From Orbicella franksi (taxonomy: Eukaryota): a stretch of 64,000 nucleotides of DNA. Positions 12,701-25,141 of the stretch are shown here, piece by piece. The DNA lies in the NCBI GenBank assembly GCA_964199315.1, contig OZ116699.1, forward strand, positions 16,306,001-16,370,000, in the 5' to 3' direction. The notes under the pieces were generated by a model that was not told where the DNA came from, did no database searches, and saw nothing but the letters and a program-made list of their open reading frames with translations. Position 1 is the first letter of the stretch. Every line of letters begins with the position of its first letter. The position numbers were made by a program, and so were the translations under genes.

Positions 12701-15700
12701 GCATCGCCGGATGCAAATTGACGACTTCCACTCAAATGATTTTTCTCTTTATTGATGAGCCATATAACAAACAACTTAATAACCTCAACCGTTCGGTCGT
12801 TACGGGAAAATCTCAAACCTCGGCCTACCGTATTGACCTCGCTATCGCTCGGTCAATACGGCAAGACCTCAGTTTGAGATTTTCCCATAACGACCTCACT
12901 CTCGGTTATTAAGTAGTTATTAATAATAAAATAGACAACATCTTCTGTCTTCCTTTTCAAGAATTGGACTATGAGGTCCAGACTTCTTCGAGGTGATAGT
13001 TTGAGGCTGTATCAACCATATTATCACCTGATGGGAATCTTGAGCTCGCAATTCAATAATTGTTAAGTAGGATTGTAAGATTTACCATTGTTTCTCTATC
13101 AAACTTCATACTTGGTTGCAATCATACAATCTGAAATTCTCATACTTGTAGGACTTCATAATTAGTTAATTCAACCATTTTGAGATTTTAAAGTTATGTT
13201 CTATATCAAATTAACTCAACAAGAGATGCTGTGGGAACACAGGCCTCTGGTGGTTATTTACACAGCTTTTTTTAGTTCTTCCAAAGATCTGTTTTCAGCA
13301 CCTCATCTTCTGTTAATCTGGTGGGGCTACAATGTAGCTCTGTAGCAACAGGACTTTTGTTCATTATGTGATCAATGTTTAAATGTCATCTACCTTCTAT
13401 CTCATAAAGAAAAAATGAAAAATGGCTGTCTCATATGCATGCATCAAATAATTCACAAAGGTCAGGTGTGATTGCTTCATTGTGGGTGGGCTGAAAATTC
13501 TAGCTTGGTTTGATCTTAAAGTGATTGTTTGCTTAAAATATTGAAGATCCAATACCAGGATTCATTATAAAAGAGGCAAAAAACGTTCTCTGGTAAAATT
13601 GTTTAAAATTGTGAGCTTTCAACAGCCAGTCTGCTGTCTTCGACGGACAACAATGAAATGATAAAACAGACCTAAGAATTTTGAATATAACAAGCGAATG
13701 GCATATATTAAATAGAATACGTGTGAAAGAATGTGAGAATGCTAAAAGTGTAAAATTAGCGTTTGTTTAAAAGAATGTTATATTGTGCCGGCAGAGGGCA
13801 CAAATTGTTGTCAGCCTCGACAGTTTTTGCTCTGTGCCAGGATTCCAGCATAAGAATAAGAAAGCCGTATAAGAAAGACGCTGGAATCCTGGCACACAGC
13901 GGAAACTGTCGGAAGCCATTAGGACACGAAAATGGGACCTGGCTGCTGAGTACTGTTTGAAATTGTGGCAACAATGTTCAAATTGTGGGCTTCTTTGCAG
14001 GTGAACTTCATAAGGAAAACCTGCACTTTAGAGGCTGAAACTTCTGTGAGTAGCTAACCTTAAAGTGCAAGGTTTTCATATAGCATTGACAAAAAATATA
14101 CATTTTTGGAGTGACCTTCTCCTTTAAATACACACATTAAGACTTAACTCAGTAGCAAGGTACCTCTTGTATGATCAGTAACAGTACATTGTTTACATGT
14201 ATCCAAAAAAACAATATATATATTGTCCAAACTCAGTCATGTTAGTAGTGTTAGTGTCTAATGAGTGCCCGCAAGGAGCTAGTTTTACAATCTTTCTTGC
14301 AACTCTCTTCAATGTTCTGGGAGTCTCCCACCTACCATTTAGATCATCCAGTCCCCCAGACAAGTTTTGAACTATTGTCCAGATACAAGGGACCATAGGC
14401 TCCTAGGGACAGTGCTTTAAAAGTGCTATTATGATGAAATGTGCAGATGTCCTCCATAATATTAGCTTAACAGTTTTGTTACCATGGCAACATACTGGGT
14501 TTCAACCTTCTCTGATATAGGCTTTTCTGGCCACCTTTGGCTTTCCATTTTGATATTTGTCAATGATGCCTCATCTGCATGATTCAGCAAGCATATTAAT
14601 ATTATAACGTCGAAGTTGTGGCCTCAGGTTAGAGAGGACTAGAAAAGAGTGAGTTGCCATGGGAAAATACAGGCTGTGTATAATTTTAATAGCCATAGGT
14701 GTGTTTCCAGTAGAACTATAAGCCTACCAACTTGATGTAATATTGGGTTGAGTGTATGACATCATCAGTCACCTCATTTGCATATTTTACACATGATGCA
14801 GATATTTGCAAAAGTTTAACAGCATTTTTAATCTTTTGTGAAATTCTATGTGATACACCTACAAATTCTGACTCAAGGGGTAAAAGTTTAATGAGAGAAG
14901 CATGTTAAAGCATTGAGTTGAATTTATGCTGTTGGCAAAATTTCACTGTAAGATGAAGAGAATTTTTGAGGGGAATTTGGTGTGGTTATCAAATTAACAG
15001 AGGTTGGTTTTGTTATTGATTTTGTCATTATCTTCTATATTTTTGAGGCAGAGTGGTTGTTGGCAAAAGCAAAACTGGCAATGTCTTCACTGACCTGTGT
15101 TTAGATGTTTTTAGGTTTTTGTCTCTGACAATGAAGTTCAATTTACCGGTAAGTAGTTACACTTTCTTTACAATAGAACATATGGATATTAATAACTTAT
15201 AGCTATTTTAATATCCTCATACCAAAATTGTAGTAATTTTATGGCTCAATTTCTATCTCTGCTTTAATTAGTTTACAGCAGTTTATTTTTTAAAACCAAT
15301 TTAATTTCATCAAAGGGGAAGGGGAAATCTGAGAGCAATAATAAATTAGACTAACAAATATAAATAAATTTGCACTGATTGCTCTCGTGGCCTAGTGGAG
15401 ATGAAGTGGACCAAAAGGTCAGAGATCGGATGGTTTAATCTAGGTATGTCTGTACAAAATAATAAAAAAAGATTGTATTGTAGTATGGGAGTATTATGGT
15501 GGGTTATGTTGGGGGGTTGATATGGGATCCTGGCTGTACTGTTGTAGGGTAGGAATAGGGACTGAGGGGGTGGGTGGTGTGCTTGTGATTCTTTTTAAGA
15601 ACCACTCTGAAAGTGAAAACAACTGGTTTGAAAAATTTACAGCAGAGGTAAAAAGTATACATTATATCTTGTTTTTCATAGGTCAGGTAAATGAGCAAAC

Positions 15701-18700
15701 ACCCACAAGAGAAATGCAAACAAGAGATGCACTTTATTTCTCTTCTTAATCAGTGTTCTTCTGAATTCATCTTGTTAAACTAAATTATTTTTTTCTGTTG
15801 AGATAACATTTTTACACTGGACTTTTCCTCTGAAACTCTTACTAACAAAATAATCATTACTAAGAAAAATTATACTTTTTGCGATAACTGTAAAAATTGT
15901 TGTGCGCTCATTGGCTAATTTTCATCATCAATAAGCAGACCTGTTGGCACATAAATTTATAATTTTAAGAGGCGTGTCAATGAGCGAGAGCATACAATTT
16001 GGCAATGAGTTTGTTATTTTAAAAAAACAAATTGATGTCAGTTTTTCCTGTGTTTGCGGATGAGTGTATCCTATCGCCCTGTGGATCCACAGCAGAATTC
16101 ATGATCAATAATGTTCAAGACAGATGCATGAAAAACTGATGTCAATTTGTTAAACTGAAAAGATCTGGTTCTTGGTCTCTTTGTGACTGATGGAGGTCTC
16201 TAAAAGTTCTCAGTTGTTGTTTAATTTTAATTTTAGTGTTTGTATTTTCTTAGGTGGTTACCTCCTGGCATATACACCCCACACTGGCATACAATCCCTT
16301 GATTTAGATGATGCCGAACCTGTTTTTTCCCATCTTTAACATACATGTAAGAGTGTCAGTGGACCTGTCCAAGTGTGAATTTTTTTTACTGATAATGCAA
16401 ATCATAATAAAGATACAAAGCCTCTCTGGTTTGATTTCTTCCGTGACAGTGAAGTGCAACCTAACCAAAAGTTGCATTCTGTAAGAGGTTTACAAAAATT
16501 ATAAAATATAGGAGCTCCTCTGAAAGAAGAGTTTGTTGTTTTTTTCTGTTCATTTTTTCCGTCGAACATTTATATTTTCCTAATAAGCAGTTTCTTCACA
16601 ACACACTTCAAGATGATAAAGAGCCATAAAAATGACATTTTTATTGCAGAGATCATTTTCAAGATTAAAGAAAAGTTATTTTTATTTATATATTTTATTT
16701 TCTTTGGGAGAGGGACTTTTTGAGAATTTCCCTAAAAATATCACAAGGTACAAAGGAAGGGGAAATATAAAAGTAATGTTTTCATTATCAGATTGAGTCT
16801 CTATGAAGCTGCAAAGTATGGTTATTTTATACTGTTGTGGATAACGTTAGGCCCACTTTAATTCAAAATACAAATGGGAACTTACATTGATAATCACACA
16901 ATCCCTTAAATTGGTACTGTTTGTTTTTTACCGGTAATTGCTTTTTTCCAGAAAACAATTTGAACATCCTTGTTACACAAGGAGGGGCGGTGGGGGAGGT
17001 ATTCTACATAGTTCTTAATGGGGAAGCTCCATCTCAAAGTCCAGCCCCTTAATACTGTATCCCTTTTCTAAACCCGTAGAGAGAAGTTTTAAAATATCTC
17101 TTTGAACAATTTATCAGAATCCCCTCATTCTGGCTCAGGAGAGTAAATGAGAGATTATCAACAACATTTTAGAACCAGAAAAAGGGAAATCCGTAAAAGA
17201 AAGATTTCCGTACCCTTTCATATGCCTGAATTCAACTTGTCAGAAATCCCTTACCCTTTAATAGTTATATCTGAAGCCTGAAAACTTTTGAGCAGAGCTT
17301 CCCCATATATGTCATTACATGGAGTCCTCCCACATACACAATTCAGGAACTCTTGACAAGTTGTGATGAAGCTGACCTCAAAACTGGTCTGATCAGGCAG
17401 CTTCAGTTTTTGAGTACAAACTTGTTACTCTCAGTCAACTTCTGGTATTGAACCTTTTCTTTTCTGGTCTGGTCCAAGTTCACAGACACTACTAGCTAGC
17501 AATCACTTTCACAACACTAACCCTAGCAATGTCACTCGCAGTCTGGGTGTTCAGTTCCACCGCACCATGTTTCATGGTCACTCATCATTGTCAGACATGA
17601 GTTCATAATAGCTTGTAACATTCACCAGCCTGGCAGTGTCATTGTTGCTACTACCTGTTCCCAGACTTCCTTTTATGGCTGGGTGTTGGGGCATGATATT
17701 TCATTACTGTTTGCAAACAGTTTGTTAAGATCGCACATTGAAAGTGTGATGAATTAAAATAATTGAACTCTGTGAGAGACAATTGTCAGAATTGCTAGTG
17801 TTCTGTCATTCCCTGAGACTGAAATGTCTTGATGTAAGCTTATATAGAGAAAGCACATTCAAAATAAGGCAAAATGTGTGAGTAACCTTCCAAAATAAGC
17901 TGCAAGTATGATAGTTAGGTATTAAAAGATAAGGAACTTGGTCAGCAAACAAGGCAAATGAAAGGAATTGAAGAAATGAAAGGTGCATGCATGCTTGACC
18001 TCATAGGATCCGAGGGAGGGGGAGCATTGAAACTTTATAGTGTCGCTGACACTCAACACTGTTGAAACGGAAAAATAAATTAGATTATAACTGAAAAAAA
18101 CACGAGATGCCCAAATTACTAAATCGCCCATAAGAATATCTTGTTTATTTTTAAGGGGTTCACGGCCTGCTTATGTTTAAGGAAGCGTTTACCAATTAAG
18201 GAATTGCCAAGGGAAAAGTTAAGATTACTTGTTCAAGGTTCTTAACCAATCGTAACAGAATTTATAACACCAGTTTGAGTCACAAGCAAGAACATGAATT
18301 TGCGTTAGTGTCGATCAACAAGAAAGTTCCGCCGCGTTATGTGTGTGGGTCTACTCTTACAGTGTGATACGATTAACGCGTCTACGTTACTCTCAAGTGT
18401 TTGTCAAGGGAAAATTTGAAAAATGGGCTTCTGTTAAATAGGTTCTCCCACGTCTAGAAAACTGACGCAGCGCTTTTCTCTTAGTGTAATACCTACCTAA
18501 GAGAATAGGATATTTGAATTGAGTGCAACTTACCTACAAATCATTATTTCCACGCAAACGATGGCTCCTGTGGAATTCAGCGAAGAAACGACGACATTTC
18601 GTAAAAACACACGCCTTCAAAACAGCGTGTTTTTGAATAAATAATCGTTCTTTTCCTCAATCAAACGATATGACGAGGAAGACGACAAAATTTTGTTTCT

Positions 18701-19931
18701 CATGGCCAAATAAAACGTTAGAAATATCCCGCCGATTACGAAATATAACCATTTTACTTACTGAGAGAACGATTATGTCGCATTCAAATTTAATTTTGCC
18801 GCTCAGCCCGCTTTTTTACCGGATGTGACGTCACTTTTTGGTGGATGATCCAAACACAAAAAAAGTGCCAGGCGTCCCAGAGTGTTCTCCCCCGCCCCTG
18901 GTACGTCCATATGCCAAGCCCAATACCTTGAAAAATAAGTGAGTAGCACCATTACCATAGAAACATCTTTGATATTGGACGTCCATGTTATGGTTGACTG
19001 ACCGTTGTCAAAACAAGGTATCCGCTGGCCCGTATCACGTGACCATTTCGCGGGCTCGGGTTCAGAGTTCATCAAGGTCACGTGTTTCTTGAAGTACTTG
19101 TTTTTGATTGGATTGCAGGCTCAAAAAATATGTCCTACGGTGTTATTAGGACATATTTTTCAAATTTCGCACAAATCTCGTTTAAACTCTCTAAGATGAG
19201 AAAAAATGACACCGTTGAATGTTCAAGAGTGTTTATTCGGCAAATTACCCATACATTGATTGATTTCGATGTCATCTTCTAATTTCCATACAAACTTATA
19301 TATTTTATCCACAGCTCTCCATACAAACTCTTATATTACGCTTGGGTGACCTGTGTTTTAGCTGGAAAAAATAAAGAAACCACACGCTGAAAAATTACAT
19401 GCTCACAATTGATAATTTTTGAGCTTCTGATCCAAGAAAAAACAAATTCTTTCATTCTTTTATGGTTATTATTGTCATTATTGCAATCAGGAGCTCCGCT
19501 TTTAGGCCTGGCTAAATCTATATATTAAACATAGTAATAACGCCGTTTGCGACGATTTTCCGAAGATGTACGACCACTTTCCGAAGATGTCGATGTCCGG
19601 AAAATAACGAAGATAACCGAACATTTTACTATTTTGAACAGGTATGCCAACAGTCAGTGTTCAGAAAGAAGAGAAGCCTGGGAAGAAGTCAGCTATGGCC
19701 AATAAAACCCAGCACCCTAAGATCTTGATCGGAATGTTGGCTGGCGTGATTGTTCTAGCGATCCTTGCGGCCGGTGTGTGTTACTGGCAGGTCAAGAAGG
19801 CTCGTGCGTCTTCGTCGACTGCGAAGAGTCGCCGACCTGAGATCGACTCTCTCCGAGCGAAGTACGAAGTACAGAATGAATACGTTGTGGTGCCAGACTA
19901 TAACAGAGGCAATGAAGAGGTCAATACATGA
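521..19931 (+). CDS. 3' part of kinase-less FGFR paralogue (FGFRL1-like architecture) with tandemly multiplied Ig exons; 5' end lies outside the window
   Basis: Phase 1-1 exons at 1322..1354, 1852..2148, 2797..3168, 5000..5275, 6261..6293, 6791..7087, (7735..8127), plus a phase-1 terminal TM exon at 19642..19931. I found no kinase exons between 19931 and 25054. Confidence 0.65.
1322..1354 (+). CDS. Linker micro-exon copy
   Basis: Same peptide and splice sites as 31562..31594. Confidence 0.65.
1852..2148 (+). CDS. Ig D2 exon copy (intact)
   Basis: Near-identical to 32092..32388 with intact splice sites. Confidence 0.85.
2797..3168 (+). CDS. Ig D3 exon copy (intact, short-loop variant, 372 nt)
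   Basis: Intact splice sites and open frame; lacks the 21-nt QNG insertion. Confidence 0.85.
4717..4950 (-). mobile_element. SINE fragment lacking its head (duplicated at 30013..30248; decayed relatives near 21500 and 38540)
   Basis: Core ...CCCATTTATACACC(A/G)GGGTGGAGAGAGGCACTGTG..., recognised from memory as an abundant anthozoan SINE. Confidence 0.55.
5000..5275 (+). CDS. Ig D1 exon copy (intact)
   Basis: Differs from 30298..30573 by 4 amino-acid changes and 1 synonymous change (manual count). Confidence 0.85.
6261..6293 (+). CDS. Linker micro-exon copy
   Basis: Same peptide and splice sites as 31562..31594. Confidence 0.65.
6791..7087 (+). CDS. Ig D2 exon copy (intact)
   Basis: Near-identical to 32092..32388 with intact splice sites. 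Confidence 0.85.
7735..8127 (+). pseudogene. Ig D3 exon copy with premature stop
   Basis: TAG at 8034-8036 where the FGFR copy has CAG and the 2797 copy has CAT; splice sites intact. Confidence 0.85.
8665..9854. mobile_element. Non-autonomous long-TIR DNA transposon (Mutator/Foldback-like), 9-bp TSD
   Basis: TIRs of about 180 bp start GGCAGGTTTCTTT and contain (ACAGGTC)n. TSD TAAGGGAAA at 8656-8664 and 9855-9863. The empty site is seen in the other two copies (about 3700 and about 33960). Confidence 0.85.
11277..11670. mobile_element. MITE-like element with CCCGG/G-rich termini and internal short repeats
   Basis: CCCGGAGCAGGGGGG ... CCCCCTCCTCCCGGG termini; repeated TTTTGGTC..AAATAGG motifs; related element near 16990-17330. 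Confidence 0.45.
12768..12919. mobile_element. Palindromic MITE of about 150 bp
   Basis: AACAACTTAATAACC ... GGTTATTAAGTAGTT, with inner arms GGGAAAATCTCAAAC / GTTTGAGATTTTCCC. Confidence 0.65.
19642..19931 (+). CDS. Terminal exon: stalk + TM helix + short Tyr-containing tail, no kinase
   Basis: tttgaacag| phase-1 acceptor; TM ILIGMLAGVIVLAILAAGVCYW then QVKK. The tail AKYEVQNEYVVV aligns with the FGFR juxtamembrane [15 protein letters not shown] at 19929-19931. Confidence 0.75.
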
Positions 19932-21648
19932 ATTTTCTTCCAGACGTTTTTACATTTCTTGTCTGATTAGCCTTGTAGAAGATATTTTTCACAATGTATT
20001 TGTGTAACTTGTAGTACGGTAGACCGGACATCTTTTTTAGACATGCTGGATTTTGGTACCAGATTATAACAGACAGGCATAAATCAGAGGTGAGCATGCA
20101 AATACCAGTCAAAGATTTTCCACCTTCTGGTATAACTCGCCTTGGAAAAAGTTGGTTGGTCGGTCGGTCCCAGTCTCGGTCTTTTGCTTGTCAACAAGTA
20201 TTAGTTATTTTTTACACTTGGTCTGGGTGACATTACAGTGCGGGTCAATTATATTGCTATCTTTTTAGACCCGTTAGATTCTCAGTCGAACCTCTATGGA
20301 GGAAAAGCAAATTTTGTCGCAGAACTTTCTTTTTTCTCCATAATTCTGTCCAGTTGACCTATCTAAGTCTCTAACGAGCAAAATTTGGGCCGATGAACGA
20401 TCTTATACATTTCAGGTTCAGCGACCACCCCTCAAGATGAAAGTCCCGAAATAATTGTCAGTAAAATACTATAAATAGAAACCTTATTGATGGCCACCTC
20501 TACTTAGCGACGTCGGCCATTTTTTGGTCGTCCAGATGAGGGTTTTCTATTGTCCTTGCCAATATTAAGCGGTCCCAAAAATTTAATTCGATTTTATACA
20601 CGTGGTTTGATGACGGATAAGAGTTCGAAAGAGAAAGTGACCGCTGATGAAGACATCCAAACCCACGTTTATTATTGTCTTCCCGTGATTCTATATTGCC
20701 TTAAGCATGTTTGTATTCGAATGAATTGACGTTTGTAAAAGGCCTCATGCTAATTCCTAATTCCTGAAGAACCTCTATTAAGCGGGCTAACCCCTATGTA
20801 GCAGCCACCTCCCATTTCCCCGAGGTGTTAAAAGTGCCACTCTTAAATCCAGTATTTTCAATTTTCAATTTTAGACTGGGAGCATCTAGTTTATTAGTTT
20901 CAGAAACGATGGTATTACGAGAAAAACATGCAGAAAAGTACACTTAATTTAGAGGGATGACCAGGTGGTAGATGCGTCACGACTCTTCCATTAAGCTGAA
21001 GATTAAAAGGAAATTTTGGTCGGAAATCGGACGCAACGATTCGACCGACCGAAAAGTTTACGAAAACAAAGCACCTTTGGAAGTTAGTTCACTTTGATTA
21101 GTGAGACTAAAATTCCTGTTCCTTTCTAGTGCTTTCACCTCGCACCATTTTTTTTTCACTCCCAACGATTTCTTTGTGCCAGCTAGCTGCTACCCAATCT
21201 AACCGAACGCCATGCAGAATTGTGCTTCGTTCCTTGTTGACAAACTCGTTCGTTGCCCTCCTTTTCTTCAATGGATTTTCCCAGATGCGGGGAAAAACAC
21301 TCCACTTAGTTGGACAGTTTTGATTTGTGTTGTCAGTATTGTTTGATGTATTTCATTTGGGAATAGCTTAATAATCGTCTTAATCCGACTGATCGATCTG
21401 CTTAATGAAAAGCACCCTTAATTATTGTCCTCTCATGTGACACACCAACCTCATTAGGTTCATTAGATCTCTCTATGACATCAATAGCGTACTATTACAG
21501 TCGAAGGTCTCAAAGTGGCTTAACCGGACCGGCGTTTATGGCTTTAGTCTGATTTTCGTATCCGTTCAGAGGTTACGTCGATTAGGAATATTGCAATTCC
21601 CAACTGGATAGCCTTCCCACTAGCCATATGTTTCGTTAGCTCTCTCGT

Positions 21649-22082
21649 TAGGCCACGTTCGATAAATCAATATTCTAACATGGCTCCAAGGCTTTCGGGT
21701 CAAAAGCGCAAATTTCCAAAGTTCCTTTTGTCCCTCAGTAGACCATTTTACAGTTGTCTGCTCAGTGACCTGGCCTTTGTATGGCAGCGAGGCTAGAGTT
21801 GACCTTGTTTTGATACAGACCTTACTGCTTTTGTTGCGTAAAACAAGTTGTTCTGATGCTAACTAGGTGCATTTACATGACAAAAGCAGTGAGGTCTGTA
21901 TCAAAACAAGGTCAACTCTAGCCTTGCTGCCATACAAAGGCCAGGTCACTGAGCAGACAACTGTAAAATGGTCTATTCCCAAAAGAGACTTGGATACAAA
22001 GAAAACACTACCAAATATAGCCTGAGTTTGTCCTAAAGGCCTCGGAGCCACGCTAGAATATTGATATATCGAATGTGGCCTA
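21649..22082. mobile_element. MITE (TAGGCC...GGCCTA TIRs) carrying a nested MITE
   Basis: Imperfect TIRs of about 45 bp at 21649-21695 and 22036-22082. Confidence 0.7.
21739..21975. mobile_element. Near-perfect palindromic MITE, TA-flanked
   Basis: TAGACCATTTTACAGTTGTCTGCTCAGTGACCTGG... mirrored over about 95 bp per arm. Confidence 0.8.
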
Positions 22083-24877
22083 TTGGCCAATCTTCCGGCG
22101 CCAGTTTGGATTCACTGCAAAGTCATTCTACGCAGAAATGTCTGTATCCACTGTTTTAGACTGCCCCAAAAGTCTTTAATTTTTTACGGTCAGGTCGTCG
22201 AACAGCCATAATAATATCCTGAGGGAGTAGTGGACAGGACAGAGGGTGCTGGCTTCGGTCGAGACAACTGTACATATCGTGTAGAAACGTTTTGCAACAC
22301 CTCCAGTCCCAAAACTTTCCCCACAAGAAAAAAAAAACAGACGTCAACCAGTCTTTCTACCCTATATTCCAATTTTAACTGTACTTCGTAGTTTTGTCAC
22401 GTTATTCAAGATTGCGTGATCAATGGTGCGATGTAATAATAATGAAAAAATAGACACTATACATGATCATAGAAATTTCTTTTTGCTACAGTTTGTCCAC
22501 AGGCGTTTATTTTTTTTGCTCATTCATATCTCACGCGCTAGGTTAATGTTTTGCTAAGCTTGCGATCTCGACGAATTCAAGAAAAATAGAAGGTCTGTGG
22601 ATCGGACACACTATGTTTCTGCCTACTTGTTTACCTAGGCTTGCTTTGTATAAAAAAGTTAGAACCTTTTGTATGCCGTTTTCATGTTACTACAAGTTAA
22701 TAAAGTTACATTTTTTGCAATAATGTAATCAATACATCTTATTCTGTTGTTTAATGAGAACCTTTCCGCTCGATCGGAGCAACCTCTTTCCGACCAGGAA
22801 ATTGCGTTCATTTTACATTGTAAAACCAGCCTGTTTTCTAGTGTAATTATTATTTTTCTCCAAATATTAGTCGGCACAAAGTGCACGTGTCTGTAATCAA
22901 TCATTCGGAGCTCGAGCGGAATTCATTTGGAAGGAAATTGGATTAGACTTCAGGAAGAGATTAGCTTGCCTTCAAGAGGCTCAGAAATGGTTTAGGTACA
23001 TCATCATAAGGCCTTTTAGGGTATCCGTCGATATCCGAGGTTAAGTTAAACTGAAAAAGGCGTGAAAAAGAACTTTTTTTGTAACATGACCGTCTAAATG
23101 AGGACTGATAAATAACATCCTGACCATCAGCTTTCTTAACGTTATAAATAGCTGAGGTCGTGACAATTTTATTTAGTCCCGTCAGATGACAAAAAAGATT
23201 TCTCTAGTGATATAAATGCTTGATAAAACCTTGGCTTGCATACATCATTTCCGTTTTTACCACGTTGCTAGCAATTCCGTTCTCTTGTATTAGTTCATTT
23301 TAACAAATTTTACTGTCGTTGGGTGACTGAGCAGCTTAAACTGACCATATTACCACACCTTCAAGACCAAGAATGGACCAATCACGATGGCCAATGACTA
23401 TCTATACAGTACCATGACTGGCAGATATCTCGCAGACAATTTATTCCAAACCAACAGACCCTTCGGCTTTAGAAACACTGCCAATGCAGGCAACGTCAAA
23501 AAGCTGTAAAGACTCGAGAGTGGTTCCTGTTTCCTGGTTCCTGGTTTGGGACACTAATTGCTTGTAGGAGCATTATGATAGGTCACCAGTGCGGTATGCC
23601 TACCAGAAAACCAGTAAACCGCAACATTTAATTAAGTGTTCTGTTCACAGTTTTGTTTGTTTGTTTGTTTGTTTGTTTGTTTGACTGCCTGCATGTATTT
23701 TTCCTCATTCCTGTAGAGGAATAACACAACTGCTGAGTGTTGTTGGGGTAAAAGTCTGTTGGTTTAGGAACTCTGTGAAGTGGACGATGGCCTCGTCTTA
23801 TCATTATTCATTCTCGGTATTTGTACATTTTGCGGTCGAATACGAATGTAAATTTCCAAAATATCAACCCGGTGTCTGGTCATCCGGACGAAAAAGCACA
23901 AGTCCAAAAAAAAAAAAAAAATCACTAATTATAAGGAAAACGTGTGTTAAAAAAATGAAATTGAAATTGTAAAATGTAACAAGAAATCCTTCCTACGTGT
24001 TTACTCGATTGGCAGTGTTTTGAAATAGAATGAAAACTAAATAAAGCTGCTTATTCATTCAGTGCGATGTTTCTTTTGTCCCGTCAAGTAGCGGCAGTAT
24101 TGTGATGACGTTAATTCATGTCGGACCATTAAGAGTAATTTAATGGTTCGCTTTAGTTACTGGTAAACGAGACAAAAAATTGAAGTTTAGCAATTTACTG
24201 ACAGCATGAATTCGTATATTTTTCAGTTTGTTTGGGAACGGAAGTTTTGGCGTCAGTATATCAGAATGGCTTGTCTCGTGTTGACAACTAATGAATTGCT
24301 GTCAAAAGTAATTCTAGTGTCATCGGTTGTTCATTGAAGCGTGACATGTGTTAAATATTCCACGTTCTGTTTTGACGAGAACTTCGGTACAAACTCGTTT
24401 CATCGAAGTTTTCGAGTGGTACCAGGAACCCTACATTCTGGACACTTAGGAAAAAGTCCAGTTGAAACATCTGTGGCCTCGGAATCCGTAACTAAACGAA
24501 CACATGAATGGGAAAGCGAATCGAACAGAACAATGTCGCGTGCACGCCAACATTAGGGAGCATGCTGAAATGAAATGACCGATCCTTCTCGTTAGAAGAC
24601 GTTCATTTACGTCAAAAGACTACTGGTATAATTCCAGTTTTACACAAGGTAAGGTTCACAAATCCAGCCATGGTATACCGCTGTTGTTTGCTTCTTTGCC
24701 AATCGCTTGCGCTCATTACAAAGTCAAACGTCGTCTCCTTTATATTGAGCCAACCATCGAACACCGGATGTGTCAGAGGGCAGTTAGCCAGTGTCTAGTT
24801 GAATGTCGCATCGTCTCTTCTCTAGACGGGCCTATTTGCTGGCACTAGAAGAAACAGCCGTAAACAATCGATAGAAG

Positions 24878-24935
24878 GTATGCCTAGTTCTCTGCCTTTC
24901 CTAAACATCCTGATTATCGCTTTTTCCCGCCGCAG
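24878..24935 (+). other. Possible 58-nt 5'UTR intron of FGFR
   Basis: AAG|GTATGC donor and tttttcccgccgcag| acceptor just upstream of the signal-peptide ATG; CCAAT at about 24699 in a CpG-rich region. Confidence 0.45.
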
Positions 24936-25053
24936 GAACGACGAAATTCTGACCGTGAAGAAGGCGCCCCGTCAGGACTCCCGACAGAAGACGCTCTCCG
25001 AGTACGTGAGCTAATGTTGGCTGGAGTTTCAGAGGACATTATAACGTTAGAAA

Positions 25054-25141
25054 ATGGCCTTAGCTTTCTTTGGTCGTGATGGTATATTCAGCGTTTTCAT
25101 TCTTCTCGGAATTGTTGGAATTTCAGCTCAACAATCTGGAG
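25054..25141 (+). CDS. FGFR: FGFR exon: signal peptide ([29 protein letters not shown])
   Basis: Strong-context ATG (aaaATGg) and a hydrophobic core. The phase-1 donor GGAG|GTAGGT matches the phase-1 D1 exon. Linkage to 30298 is inferred. Confidence 0.75.

Noticed and set aside
10703-18131. Assorted 60-97-aa ORFs in the CpG-poor block as a nested gene or transposase
   Set aside because: No consistent exon chain and no recognisable RT, integrase or DDE motif.
19642-19931. Assigning the gene symbol FGFRL1 to the kinase-less gene
   Set aside because: The architecture fits, but the tail is homologous to the neighbouring FGFR juxtamembrane and the His-rich tail of vertebrate FGFRL1 is absent; orthology needs a phylogeny.
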